This document shows positions 17,652 to 27,725 of a DNA stretch of 64,000 bases, one piece after another. Source of the stretch: Bdellovibrionales bacterium (GTDB lineage Bacteria; Bdellovibrionota; Bdellovibrionia; Bdellovibrionales; JAGQZY01). Position 1 is the stretch's first letter; every line of letters begins with the position of its first letter. Made by a program: the position numbers and the translations under genes. The notes under the pieces are model-generated. The model had not been told where the DNA came from. It was given only the letters and a program-made list of their open reading frames with translations, and did no database searches. The DNA lies in NCBI GenBank assembly GCA_964230645.1, contig CAXRHT010000001.1, positions 128,001 through 192,000 on the forward strand. The letters are read 5' to 3'.

Positions 17652-18577
17652 GGCTTTTCAGCTCCCGAGTCGAACTGCAGTCGTGCTTTTTTTCCACCAT
17701 ATATTCTAGCCTTTGTATTAAAACTGAGCGGGTGCTGGTTTTTGCCGTGACCACTTTTAATCCCAGCAAAAACCGGTAGTTTTTTATTCTGAGCAAACTC
17801 CCTTAAATACCTGGGCACAAGACTTTTACCTCCAGGCTCCTCTCCGCCTGTGAATTGCCCTAGAAGAATGGCTCTCACACCTTTAAACAGTCCCATCTGT
17901 TCCATTTGTTCAAAAACACGATCAATACGGTAGGCTCTCTCTCCTATTTCTTCGAAAAAGAGAATGCGCCCTTTGGTGTTGATTTGAAATTTTGTGGCAA
18001 AGCTCGATTGAATTGTTATGAGGTTCCCGCCCACGATAGAGCCTGAGATGGTTTTTTCTTCGAAAGCTTTCGTGTTGAGGGGAGTCAGACGGTACTCCTC
18101 CTCTAACTTTTCACCAAAGAGCATTTTTTTAAGACGTTTTTCCTCAATGGGACTTCCCTCTCCCCTTGCAAAGCGATCAATGTGGCAGCCGTGAATGGTG
18201 GACCAGTTCCACTCTTGATTTAAAAATAAATGAAGACTGGTGATATCACTCAATCCTAGGAAGGCTTTAGGCACTGGGCTTTTGATGGAACTTAGTCCGC
18301 TGAGAAGTTGGTGACTGCCGTAGCCTCCCCGCAAGCACCAGATGAGGCGAGAGTCTTTCGCTCTGAAGGCTTCTTTAAGATGCTTAATTCTTAGCTCCCG
18401 ACTATTTGAACAAATCAAATCTTTACCGAGAAGGTCTTTGGGAATGCGTACTTTTAAGCCCCAAGACTCTAGGAAAGGTTTTATCCCCTCGAGAGTTTTA
18501 GGGCGAGGAGGCATCCCTGGAGCAACGATATCGACAAGATCCCCTTTCACAAGGGGCTTCCATAATTGATTCTTCAT
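17648..18577 (-). CDS. ldcA: LD-carboxypeptidase (peptidase S66)
   Basis: RGGYG, GLSDIT (catalytic Ser), GGNL, FEEIGE, SGH. Confidence 0.9.
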   Translation of the reverse strand: MKNQLWKPLVKGDLVDIVAPGMPPRPKTLEGIKPFLESWGLKVRIPKDLLGKDLICSNSRELRIKHLKEAFRAKDSRLIWCLRGGYGSHQLLSGLSSIKSPVPKAFLGLSDITSLHLFLNQEWNWSTIHGCHIDRFARGEGSPIEEKRLKKMLFGEKLEEEYRLTPLNTKAFEEKTISGSIVGGNLITIQSSFATKFQINTKGRILFFEEIGERAYRIDRVFEQMEQMGLFKGVRAILLGQFTGGEEPGGKSLVPRYLREFAQNKKLPVFAGIKSGHGKNQHPLSFNTKARIYGGKKARLQFDSGAEKP

Positions 18578-18583
18578 TGGCTC

Positions 18584-18612
18584 ATTGTAGAAAAAAAACT
18601 GATACTTTCCAA
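18584..18612 (-). promoter_or_regulatory. Putative sigma70 promoter, leaderless ldcA operon
   Basis: TTGGAA-N17-TACAAT-N6-ATG, no SD. Confidence 0.55.
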
Positions 18613-18723
18613 TACTTTAAAGCGCTCGTTTTTTTGAAGCTCAATTCTCACTTTGTTTTTATTGACTGGGCTAGTCCCCTCTAAGCATAGACAATCCCTG
18701 CCTGGTGTGGGACATAGAATTCT

Positions 18724-19347
18724 ATGATTTCCTTTGACCAGCATCTCTTTAGACTCATCAACTCGGAATGGACCCACCCCTGGCTCAATGCCTTTATGCC
18801 CTGGGTAACTGACCTTCATAAAAATCAGACCGTGATGGTGATTGCCATCCCCACCCTGTTACTTCTTTGGTTTTATCGCTCCCGCAAACAGATGCTGGTG
18901 GCCCTTGTCGGGCTTTTGATATCTATAGCTCTCGCTGATAACTTTATTTACAGAGTCTTAAAACCTAGTTTTGAAAGGCCAAGACCTCCTTACGTGGAAA
19001 AGACCATTGAGTTAAGGTCCGACCGATACGCTGGATATAGCTTCCCCTCTAACCATGCGGCCAATAATTTCGCCGCGGCAGGCTTTCTCAGTCTATGTTA
19101 CCCCGCATTAACACCGGTCTTTCTGCTAGTTGCTTCGATTGTAGGCTATTCCAGAATTTACGTAGGTGTGCATTATCCCCTAGATGTTATAGCGGGGGGT
19201 GTTATTGGACTGATTTTTGGACTTTTCTTTTTCAGAATCTGGAGGATAATTCTAAGTAAGGCCCACCGTCGGTGGCCTTTTCTTCCTTTATTAAAAGTGC
19301 CCCCTGTAAAAGGAGAATCTTATGGCAACACTAACAGAGAGTTTTAA
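18724..19347 (+). CDS. PAP2-family phosphatase (possible undecaprenyl-diphosphatase)
   Basis: KPSFERPRP, SFPSNH, SRIYVGVHYPLD. Confidence 0.92.
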   Translation: MISFDQHLFRLINSEWTHPWLNAFMPWVTDLHKNQTVMVIAIPTLLLLWFYRSRKQMLVALVGLLISIALADNFIYRVLKPSFERPRPPYVEKTIELRSDRYAGYSFPSNHAANNFAAAGFLSLCYPALTPVFLLVASIVGYSRIYVGVHYPLDVIAGGVIGLIFGLFFFRIWRIILSKAHRRWPFLPLLKVPPVKGESYGNTNREF

Positions 19348-20353
19348 AGAAAAAACGGCCAAAGAATGGGCCATGATTGTCGCGAAATACAAAAAACCCA
19401 GTCACTTAAGAAGTTGGGTTGAGATTTTTGTCACGTCCATTCCCTTTGTTCTTTTGTGGGCTCTTGCGGTTTATTCGTATTACTACTCTTACTGGATTTC
19501 TCTTTTATTTATTGTTCCGGCCGCCTTTTTCCTTGTGCGTCTTTTTGCCATTCAACACGATTGTGGTCATGGAACTCTTTTTCGATACAAAGCTCTCAAT
19601 GACTGGGTGGGACGCGTTTTAGGTGTTTTCACTTTTACTCCCTACGACGTTTGGAAAAAAGATCACGCCGCTCACCATTCCACCTCGGGGAACCTCTCCC
19701 AACGTGGGCATGGAGATATCACCACTCTCACAATGAGAGAGTATCAAAACTTAAGCCTTTGGGGGAAAATTCGCTACCGGGTCTATAGACACCCTCTCGT
19801 TTTGTTCGTTTTTGGCCCCACCTATCTTTTTGTTTTTCGCCAAAGAATTCCGGTGGGACAAATGAAAGAGATCAAGGCCTGGGTCAGTGCTATGGGTACC
19901 AATCTTTTTATTGCAACCATGGTAATCATCTTACTTTATACTATTGGAACCGGAGCCTTCTTTCTTGTTCACATGCCTATTGTGATTATCGCAGGCACTG
20001 TGGGTGTTTGGCTTTTTTATGTGCAACACCAATTCGAAACCACGCACTGGGAAGCCGGAGACAAGTGGAACCCCCAAGATGCCGCTCTTTACGGAAGCTC
20101 ACATTATGATCTTCCTTTTGTTCTTCGCTGGGCCACTGCCAATATTGGAGCTCACCATATTCATCACCTTCACAGTAAAATTCCCTACTATCATTTACCA
20201 AGAATCATGAAAGACCATCCGCAGCTCCGCGAAGTCAGCCGTATAACGCTCTGGCAAAGTGTGAAGTGCGCCAATCTCCATCTCTGGGATGAGGCCAACA
20301 GGAAACTTATCTCATTTCGTGAACGACGTCGACTTTTGAAAAAAGGGCAGTAG
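19322..20353 (+). CDS. Membrane fatty acid desaturase
   Basis: His boxes HDCGH, HAAHH, HHIHH; SD AAGGAG. Confidence 0.93.
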   Translation: MATLTESFKEKTAKEWAMIVAKYKKPSHLRSWVEIFVTSIPFVLLWALAVYSYYYSYWISLLFIVPAAFFLVRLFAIQHDCGHGTLFRYKALNDWVGRVLGVFTFTPYDVWKKDHAAHHSTSGNLSQRGHGDITTLTMREYQNLSLWGKIRYRVYRHPLVLFVFGPTYLFVFRQRIPVGQMKEIKAWVSAMGTNLFIATMVIILLYTIGTGAFFLVHMPIVIIAGTVGVWLFYVQHQFETTHWEAGDKWNPQDAALYGSSHYDLPFVLRWATANIGAHHIHHLHSKIPYYHLPRIMKDHPQLREVSRITLWQSVKCANLHLWDEANRKLISFRERRRLLKKGQ

Positions 20354-20363
20354 GAACTTAGCC

Positions 20364-21611
20364 CTATTGAAAGTAAGAGAGCTTAAATTTTCTAAACATC
20401 AGGTCCTGAGGGACCTTTCTATCTTCACCTCTCCAAGAATCAGCGTGAATTCCCTTGCGCTCATAAAGAATTCCCACATGATAGTCTCTCGTCTTTGCCA
20501 TGGAACTGTAGCCACAACTACTATCGATTCTCTTGGAAATAGGCCAGCTCCGTCCATTTGAACCCATCCTAATTGTTAGCTTGGATCGATTTTTGGTGGA
20601 TGCACAATTGGCAAAAAAGATTCTTCCCTGCGAGTACCTCAACAAACTTCCTTGTGCGATGGGATCAAAGAGGCGGTGAGAAATACTCGGGGTCGAAAAT
20701 GACTGAGCGGAATTTTCGCTAAATGAAATGGAGCGCCGGCAAAGGGGACTTCCCGGCAAGAGGTTCCCTTGGTCATCTTTACGACATTTGTTCCTGCCCG
20801 TAGACCTATCATTTCTATAAATCACACCATTATCAAGCTCGGCGATCGCCGACTCACTAGAAAGATTCGGCATTAGGGAGGACATTTCCCAACTCTCCCC
20901 TCCATCTTTGGAAATCAAAGTTCTTCTTGCCGCTGGAATCAGAAGCCAGTTTTGATGTTTTCTGTGCGAAAGTTGAATTCCAACTCCAGGTCCAACCATA
21001 TCCATTTTAGTACCTGCTGGCTGTAGGTGACCGGTGAGATCCTCAAGGGGAGAAAATTTTAAAGACTTTCCTTCAAAGCGGGCCTGGCGATACAATATTT
21101 TTCGATCGCCACTAGCAAAGCGCCTGGCAGGATCCTCATGAAATTGACTTTTATGGCCTGGATTTGAATTCATAAATAAATGAATCACACCTGTGCGTTG
21201 ATCGACCACAGCCGTGGGATTCCCGCAAGTATCTCTGCCAAGTTCACAGGCTTTATGTATCGAACTCCAATTTTTACCGTCATCATAGCTCACTCTAAAG
21301 ACGACATTAATGTCTCCAGAGTCCTGATTGTGAGCCACCCTTTGCTCGGCAAAGGCGACTAAGTATCTGTTTTTATTGACAGTGACTAACGAAGGAATAC
21401 GATAAAAATATCGACCTCTTTGATCAGATCGAGAAACAAAAAGAGGTTTTACTTCTCCACTCGTGTCCGAAGAACTCATAACAAGTGAGTTCCCTTCTGT
21501 TTCTGAAGAAGAAGAGTGCGATCGAGACTCTAATCTTCCACAGTTTTGAAAAAGGGAGAAGAAGGCTACCGACGCCAATAAGAATATTAATAGAGAAAGT
21601 CGATGTGCCAC
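20364..21611 (-). CDS. Sialidase-family (GH33-like) lipoprotein
   Basis: FQNC lipoprotein motif, YRIP motif, Asp boxes SYDDGKNW and SKDGGESW, C-terminal GYS..LYE. Confidence 0.85.
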   Translation of the reverse strand: MAHRLSLLIFLLASVAFFSLFQNCGRLESRSHSSSSETEGNSLVMSSSDTSGEVKPLFVSRSDQRGRYFYRIPSLVTVNKNRYLVAFAEQRVAHNQDSGDINVVFRVSYDDGKNWSSIHKACELGRDTCGNPTAVVDQRTGVIHLFMNSNPGHKSQFHEDPARRFASGDRKILYRQARFEGKSLKFSPLEDLTGHLQPAGTKMDMVGPGVGIQLSHRKHQNWLLIPAARRTLISKDGGESWEMSSLMPNLSSESAIAELDNGVIYRNDRSTGRNKCRKDDQGNLLPGSPLCRRSISFSENSAQSFSTPSISHRLFDPIAQGSLLRYSQGRIFFANCASTKNRSKLTIRMGSNGRSWPISKRIDSSCGYSSMAKTRDYHVGILYERKGIHADSWRGEDRKVPQDLMFRKFKLSYFQ

Positions 21612-21638
21612 TTGTGACCTCTTTTGAGCAAGACTGCC

Positions 21639-22433
21639 TTAAGGCGCTTCTGCATATTCGCAGCGGCTTTGCTCAGTGCCTGTGTAGTTAAGAACGGCCA
21701 TAAAGCCATTGGCCTCTTCATAGGTTAAGCTTCGCGACATAGGAGAATAGGAAATATGCTCGCCTTCTTTAGAAATATTAAAACTAAATCCCATGTAGCC
21801 TGCAGCAAAAATATCGGCATCGCCTAGAATAAGATGATGAGAAAGAAAAACCTCTTCGACAGACTCCGGAGAATACTTAGAATCGAGTATCGCGAGCAGT
21901 TCTTTTTCTTTATCCGTGTCTGCATCCGCCCTCAAGTCAGCAGGACTCATTGAAGGACAAAATTGGTTCAAAAGGGCATCAAGTGGAACACTGCCAGCGA
22001 GAACATCCGCCTTTAATTCCGCGTAGCTGATTGTGCAGACGGCTGTTGGGCTTTGTTCAGTGCGGATAGTGATACTGTCACTATCGATCATATCTTGAAT
22101 GTAGTCATTTTGCTCTTCAAGACTCGCAAAATTTTCCAATTGAAAGTCATGGATTTTCTTTTTGTAAATTGAGATGACGGGATTTTCACTAAATTTAAAA
22201 TCGTAGCGATCTTGATTGGGCTGGGTGGAGTAAGCAGTAAGATCACAGTTTTGACCAATACTAAGACTCTTGTTTATCGGGTCCTCGCTATCGCCGCCCC
22301 CTTGATTTTGCCCTTGGTTAGGATTGTTGGTCGGATCGGGTTCACCGGAGCTTTGTTGACTCGACTCAGACCCTCCACATGCTGATAACATTAATACAGA
22401 AAATAATACTAGAATGATTCGAATTGGTTTCAT
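21639..22433 (-). CDS. Hypothetical lipoprotein
   Basis: ATG at 22433 preferred (MKPIR...LSAC-GG lipobox), S/Q/N linker. Confidence 0.78.
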   Translation of the reverse strand: MKPIRIILVLFSVLMLSACGGSESSQQSSGEPDPTNNPNQGQNQGGGDSEDPINKSLSIGQNCDLTAYSTQPNQDRYDFKFSENPVISIYKKKIHDFQLENFASLEEQNDYIQDMIDSDSITIRTEQSPTAVCTISYAELKADVLAGSVPLDALLNQFCPSMSPADLRADADTDKEKELLAILDSKYSPESVEEVFLSHHLILGDADIFAAGYMGFSFNISKEGEHISYSPMSRSLTYEEANGFMAVLNYTGTEQSRCEYAEAP

Positions 22434-22456
22434 ATCAACCCCCAACAAAAAAGGGT

Positions 22457-22472
22457 TGCAAAACCTAAACCA
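22457..22472 (-). promoter_or_regulatory. Putative sigma54 (-24/-12) promoter
   Basis: TGGTTTAGGTTTTGCA = GG-N10-GC with TTGC. Confidence 0.4.
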
Positions 22473-22577
22473 AAGGGGCTAAAGCCCCTTTATCGGCTAT
22501 CCAGCCTTATTTGTTTCAACCTGAAACGTGCGTATTTTTGACAGCTGTTAAGCCCAACAAAAAATAGCTAACTCGAT

Positions 22578-23981
22578 CTAGGAATAAATCGGGGTGGGGT
22601 AATTGTTGGTGAAACAGGCCGCGCAGTACTTGGTTTCCGACTCATCTTTCACAGCCGTCATCAAGCCCCCATGGCTGACGTACTTGAGGGTATCAGCGCC
22701 AATGTATTTACGAATCTCATCGATGCTACGGTTGCAGGCAATGAGTTGATCCCGACTTGGTGTATCCACACCATAATAACAGGGGCCGATCGTAGGTGGA
22801 GCGGCAATTCTCATATGCACCTCTTTAGCACCAAAGGCTCGAACCAAATTAATGATTTTTTGAGAGGTGGTTCCTCTGACAAGAGAGTCATCGATCACTA
22901 CAATTTTTTTCCCTTTTAAAATTGCCTCTTGCGGATTGAGTTTAACTTTCACTCCAAAACTGCGAATATTCTGTTTGGGCTCAATAAATGTTCGCCCCAC
23001 ATAGTGATTGCGAATAATACCGAGTTCAAAGGGAAGGCCACTTTCCTGCGAGTAACCAAGGGCCGCAGGAACCCCACTATCGGGAACTGGAATCACAAGG
23101 TCCGCACCCATATCCCCGTCTTCTTTAGCCATATGAGCGCCAAGGCGTTTTCTCGTCTGATAAACACTCTCGCCAAAAACAACCGAATCAGGTCTGGCGA
23201 AATAAACATGTTCAAACACACACTGGCTCTTTTTTTCTGGAACATTTTCCATGAAAAAGGACTCTTCCTTTTCACCGTCAAAACAGTAAATTTCTCCGGG
23301 TTCAATCTCACGCACAAACTTGGCACCAATAAGGTCAAAGGCACAGGTTTCTGAAGACAAGACCATAGCTTTGCCACCATCGACTAATATCTCTCCTAGT
23401 ACAAGAGGTCTGAAGCCTTGAGGGTCTCTGGCCGCAATGAGGCGGTTATGAGAGAGCATCACCATTGAAAAAGCGCCTTCCAATTTTGGAAGCTCTTCTT
23501 TGAGACAATTGAGGATGTCCTTATTTTTATTTCTGGCTATGAGATGGAGAAAGATTTCAGTGTCATTGGTCCCTTGAAAAATTGATCCTCTCTCTTTGAG
23601 ATCATCCCTTAGAGGTTTTGAGTTAATAATGTTTCCATTATGGGCCAATGAAACCGGCCCGTTATAAAGGTTGGCCTTGAGTGGTTGGATGTTATATTTT
23701 TCGTTGGCTCCCGTAGTGGAATAACGGTTGTGCCCAATGGCTGCCTTTCCTTTGAGCGTGTCTAAAACCTCTTCGCTAAAAACATCGGCCACAAGCCCAT
23801 GACCTTTATGCAGTCTATGCTCTTTCTCAAACAGGCTTACAATCCCCGAGGCCTCTTGCCCGCGGTGTTGAAGGGCATAAAGCCCCAGATAAGTCATCCG
23901 AGCCGCTTCCGGGTGATTCCAAATCCCGAAAACAGCACACTCTTCTTTAAAGCCCTGGGAGGGCCTTTTGCCAAGATCCAT
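22578..23981 (-). CDS. purF: Amidophosphoribosyltransferase
   Basis: EECAVFG propeptide cleavage site, [23 protein letters not shown]. Confidence 0.97.
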   Translation of the reverse strand: MDLGKRPSQGFKEECAVFGIWNHPEAARMTYLGLYALQHRGQEASGIVSLFEKEHRLHKGHGLVADVFSEEVLDTLKGKAAIGHNRYSTTGANEKYNIQPLKANLYNGPVSLAHNGNIINSKPLRDDLKERGSIFQGTNDTEIFLHLIARNKNKDILNCLKEELPKLEGAFSMVMLSHNRLIAARDPQGFRPLVLGEILVDGGKAMVLSSETCAFDLIGAKFVREIEPGEIYCFDGEKEESFFMENVPEKKSQCVFEHVYFARPDSVVFGESVYQTRKRLGAHMAKEDGDMGADLVIPVPDSGVPAALGYSQESGLPFELGIIRNHYVGRTFIEPKQNIRSFGVKVKLNPQEAILKGKKIVVIDDSLVRGTTSQKIINLVRAFGAKEVHMRIAAPPTIGPCYYGVDTPSRDQLIACNRSIDEIRKYIGADTLKYVSHGGLMTAVKDESETKYCAACFTNNYPTPIYS

Positions 23982-26103
23982 TGTAACAATCCTTCAGCTC
24001 ATCAAGAGACAAGCTCGTCTCATTCCACTTCCACTGTTTGTTTTGACAGACCCTTCCGATCTTTTCGACTTTTAAACCTTGCTCCCCGGCCCAGTCCATC
24101 CAAGCTTTTTCGTTACTGGTTGAAACCACAACCTGGTAAAGAGGTTCAAGAAAAGCCGGAGCATCTGTCTCGACTTCTACTCCTAGGTCTTTTTCAAAGC
24201 ACATTTTCGCCAATGTGTAAGCAAGACCAAAGGAGCTCACAATTCGAGTGCTACTGACGGGTAAATCCAGCACAGCATTCATTAGTTTGTTAGTCTGCAA
24301 AGAAAGAGTTTTAAGGTCCTCATCAAAATTAATTTCTCCTGAACCTTTTTTAATCTCGCTCCAATAACCTGTACTCACACCTTCACCCAATTGCACAACA
24401 AGAAGACTCTCCCCTTCTTTGGTAAAAAAGGATTCTGGCATATTTTTAAGATCGGGTCTTAAGCCAACAAGTCCAGTGCTCGGTGTGGGAGAAATTCCTT
24501 TATCAAGAGTTTCATTATAAAAACTGACATTTCCACTAATAATGGGGGTAACGAAAGCCTCGCAGGCTTTATTCATACCATCAAGACTGGCCACAAACTC
24601 ACTCATTACCTCTGGCTTTTCAGGATTGCCGAAATTTAAACAGTCCGTTGTAGCGAGAGCTTCAAAACCTTTTGCTGCTAATTCAATAGCGGGATAGGCA
24701 ATACTATCCATTCCGCCCACCCAAGCGTCCTGTCTCATGATATGAGGACGACAACCAAGCACAATTCCTAAACCGCGACCACTGGGAAGAGCGGAGACAC
24801 CGATAGGAGACTGGCAGTCTCTGGCGGTACTGGCTCCCACTCTTTGATCGTACTGTCTATAAATCCACTCTTTTGTTCCTCCCTGGTGAGAGCTAAGAAT
24901 CTTTTTAAGATCTTCAAGATTCTCTGAGTCTTGGGAAGCCCACTTAAGATTTTTATTGTCTTTTCTTTTCCAAGGATTGTAGTCCCTTTCGTATTGAGGG
25001 GCGTTGTCCACAACGTCTTTAGGACTCATTTCCGTGAGAGTTTCATTTTTCCAAATCAATCGAATGACGGGCTCTTCAATCACTTCACCCACACTGACGG
25101 CATCAAGGCCCCAGTGCTCAAACACGGATTTTAATTCATCAAAGCGGCTGGGCTCGCAAATTAAAAGCATGCGCTCCTGGCTTTCGGAGAGGAGAATCTC
25201 TTCAGGCTCCATGGTCTCATCTCTTAAGGGCACTTTATCAAGATGAAGGGTGAGCCCCACACTTCCCTTATCAGCCATTTCAAAACTAGAACTTGTAAGC
25301 CCTGCGGCCCCCATATCCTGAATGGCTACCACAAGGTCTTTTTTCATCACTTCAAGACAGGACTCGATCAAAAGTTTTTCATAAAAAGGGTCACCTATTT
25401 GAACAGTTGGCCTTTTGCTCTCAGAGTCTTCATCAAAAGACTCGCTCGCCATACTCGCTCCATGAACTCCGTCTCGCCCTGTTTTAGCTCCGACGTAGAC
25501 AACGAGATTCCCAACCCCTTGCGCTTGCGAAAGACAGATGGGATCGCCTTCAGTGAAAAGGCCCACGGCCATGGCATTAACGAGAATATTTTCATTGTAA
25601 GATTTGTGAAAATTAGTCTGGCCACTGAGATTAGGCACACCCACACAGTTACCGTACCCGCCAATACCTCGAACCACTCCATCAACAAGTTCTTTCATTC
25701 TTGGGGCCTCAGGCTCTCCAAAACAAAGATAGTTCGCGAGCGCAATGGGTCTAGCACCCATGGTGAAAATATCCCGCAGAATTCCACCCACACCTGTAGC
25801 AGCCCCTTGGTAAGGCTCAATGAAGCTTGGGTGATTGTGACTCTCCATTTTAAAAGCCACCTTCTCTTCTTCCCCAAGATCGACAATTCCTGCGTTCTCA
25901 CCAAAGCTTTGTAGAACTCTTTCAGATTCACTAAAAAGTTTCTTTAAGTGAACCTTTGAGCTTTTGTAAGAGCAGTGCTCACTCCATAGAGCGGAGAACA
26001 CAGCCCACTCCACTCCTTCGGGCTCACGACCTAGGATCTCTTTTATCTTTTCGTATTCTTTAGGATTGATGCGGTAAAGTTTTAGCTTTTCTTCCAAATT
26101 CAT
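23947..26103 (-). CDS. purL: FGAM synthase subunit PurL
   Basis: [38 protein letters not shown]. Confidence 0.97.
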   Translation of the reverse strand: MNLEEKLKLYRINPKEYEKIKEILGREPEGVEWAVFSALWSEHCSYKSSKVHLKKLFSESERVLQSFGENAGIVDLGEEEKVAFKMESHNHPSFIEPYQGAATGVGGILRDIFTMGARPIALANYLCFGEPEAPRMKELVDGVVRGIGGYGNCVGVPNLSGQTNFHKSYNENILVNAMAVGLFTEGDPICLSQAQGVGNLVVYVGAKTGRDGVHGASMASESFDEDSESKRPTVQIGDPFYEKLLIESCLEVMKKDLVVAIQDMGAAGLTSSSFEMADKGSVGLTLHLDKVPLRDETMEPEEILLSESQERMLLICEPSRFDELKSVFEHWGLDAVSVGEVIEEPVIRLIWKNETLTEMSPKDVVDNAPQYERDYNPWKRKDNKNLKWASQDSENLEDLKKILSSHQGGTKEWIYRQYDQRVGASTARDCQSPIGVSALPSGRGLGIVLGCRPHIMRQDAWVGGMDSIAYPAIELAAKGFEALATTDCLNFGNPEKPEVMSEFVASLDGMNKACEAFVTPIISGNVSFYNETLDKGISPTPSTGLVGLRPDLKNMPESFFTKEGESLLVVQLGEGVSTGYWSEIKKGSGEINFDEDLKTLSLQTNKLMNAVLDLPVSSTRIVSSFGLAYTLAKMCFEKDLGVEVETDAPAFLEPLYQVVVSTSNEKAWMDWAGEQGLKVEKIGRVCQNKQWKWNETSLSLDELKDCYNGSWQKALPGL

Positions 26104-26756
26104 TAGGCTTCATCCTTCCAATCAAAAAACTTCAATCCATCTAGACTTCCCATCCAATCAAAAAGGGCGCGATCAGGATGAGGCATCATACCCACCACAT
26201 TTCTTTTTTCATTCATCACACCGGCAATATCACTCACTGATCCGTTGGGATTTTTTTCGTAGGTGAGCCAAATCTGCTGGTTGTCTTTAAGACTTTTAAG
26301 ACCTTCTTCGCCAATAAAGTAACGACCATCGGCATGGGCCATAGGCATACGGTAACTATTGCCCACTTCAAAGGGGGACCAGCCACTCTCATTTTCTAAT
26401 TTTAAATTGACCCACTGATCGATAAATCGACCCTTGTCGTTTCTCATTAGAGCTCCAGGGAGAAGGCCCGCTTCACAGAGGATCTGAAAACCATTACAGA
26501 TTCCAAAAATAGGTTTTCCCAAAGAGTCCGCTTTTTTAAGAGAGTCCATAGCGGGGCTTAGTGCCGCTAAAGCTCCCGAGCGCAAATAATCTCCGTAACT
26601 AAATCCACCGGGAACAAGGAAAGCATCATAATTCTCTGGCTTGAAACTATCTTCGTACCAAAGCCATTCCGGTTTTTTATTTTTCATTTCAATGGACTTC
26701 CAGATGTCGCGATCGCAGTTTGTTCCTGGAAATCTTAAAATCCCCACACGACTCAT
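26103..26756 (-). CDS. purQ: FGAM synthase glutaminase subunit
   Basis: [30 protein letters not shown]. Confidence 0.96.
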   Translation of the reverse strand: MSRVGILRFPGTNCDRDIWKSIEMKNKKPEWLWYEDSFKPENYDAFLVPGGFSYGDYLRSGALAALSPAMDSLKKADSLGKPIFGICNGFQILCEAGLLPGALMRNDKGRFIDQWVNLKLENESGWSPFEVGNSYRMPMAHADGRYFIGEEGLKSLKDNQQIWLTYEKNPNGSVSDIAGVMNEKRNVVGMMPHPDRALFDWMGSLDGLKFFDWKDEA

Positions 26757-26992
26757 AGAGCTTCTACCTCGTATTTTTCAATCAATGGGTTGTAGAGTCC
26801 TTTTTCAGCCATGGCTTTGGCCATCTCAAGACCTTTGGATTCATCCGCGGCCTCCACTTCCAAAACTATGTATTTTCCAACATGACAGTCTTTGAGTTCA
26901 TTGAAACCATGGGTACTCAGTGTGGTTTGAACAGCGCGCCCTTGCGTATCAAGGACCTCAGGTTTTGGTAAAATTTTAAGAGCAAATTTCAT
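26753..26992 (-). CDS. purS: FGAM synthase subunit PurS
   Basis: KPEVLDTQG, VGKY, NPLIEKY; operon position. Confidence 0.93.
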   Translation of the reverse strand: MKFALKILPKPEVLDTQGRAVQTTLSTHGFNELKDCHVGKYIVLEVEAADESKGLEMAKAMAEKGLYNPLIEKYEVEAL

Positions 26993-26999
26993 GGTCTCC

Positions 27000-27725
27000 T
27001 CACTTATTCTTTTGCAGTCGATTTAATACTTCTTGATAATTCTCAATAACATCACCCAAATCGCGACGAAAACGATCTTTATCCATCTTTTCATTGGTCT
27101 CGGCATCCCAGAGTCTGCAACTGTCTGGAGAAATTTCATCGCCTAAAACAATTTCACCATCGGGGCTGTAACCAAACTCAAGCTTAAAATCCACAAGCTT
27201 TATTCCCGAATTTTTAAATAAATCCAGTAGAACAGTGTTCACGGCAATGGCTCGGCTCTTTAAGCTTTCAAGATCTCCCTCATTTTTTACCGTCTCTAGC
27301 ATCAATGCTTGATCATCGCTGATAAAGGGATCCCCTAACTCATCTTTTTTATAATAAAATTCTACCAGAGGCTTATTAAGCGGAGTCCCTTCTTTAATTC
27401 CAAATTTTTTGGCCGTCGATCCGGCTAAGATATTTCGAACCACAACCTCAAGATCGATCATCTCAAGCTTTTGAGTGACCATATCTGTTTCTCCCTCATC
27501 GGCCACCCAATGGGACGGGATTTTTTCACTGTTGAGTTTTTGAAAAATTAAGGAAGCAATGGCCCGATTGATTTTACCCTTGCCTTCCATGGTAGCTTTC
27601 TTTTCTCCATTAAAAGCGGTAAAGGAGTCTTTAAACTCCTGCCATAAAAGTTTAGGTTCACCTTCAATACTAAAAATTTTCTTAGCTTTGCCTTCGTAAA
27701 GCATTTCACCTTTAGAGTAACTCAC
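27000..27725 (-). CDS. purC: SAICAR synthase
   Basis: LYEGKAKK, EVVVRN, VDFKLEFG, DEISPDSCRLWD. Confidence 0.97.
   Translation of the reverse strand: MSYSKGEMLYEGKAKKIFSIEGEPKLLWQEFKDSFTAFNGEKKATMEGKGKINRAIASLIFQKLNSEKIPSHWVADEGETDMVTQKLEMIDLEVVVRNILAGSTAKKFGIKEGTPLNKPLVEFYYKKDELGDPFISDDQALMLETVKNEGDLESLKSRAIAVNTVLLDLFKNSGIKLVDFKLEFGYSPDGEIVLGDEISPDSCRLWDAETNEKMDKDRFRRDLGDVIENYQEVLNRLQKNK

Noticed and set aside
25243..25914. 223-aa antisense ORF in purL and the other nested or antisense ORFs in the track
   Set aside because: Shadows of conserved genes with no motifs or initiation signals
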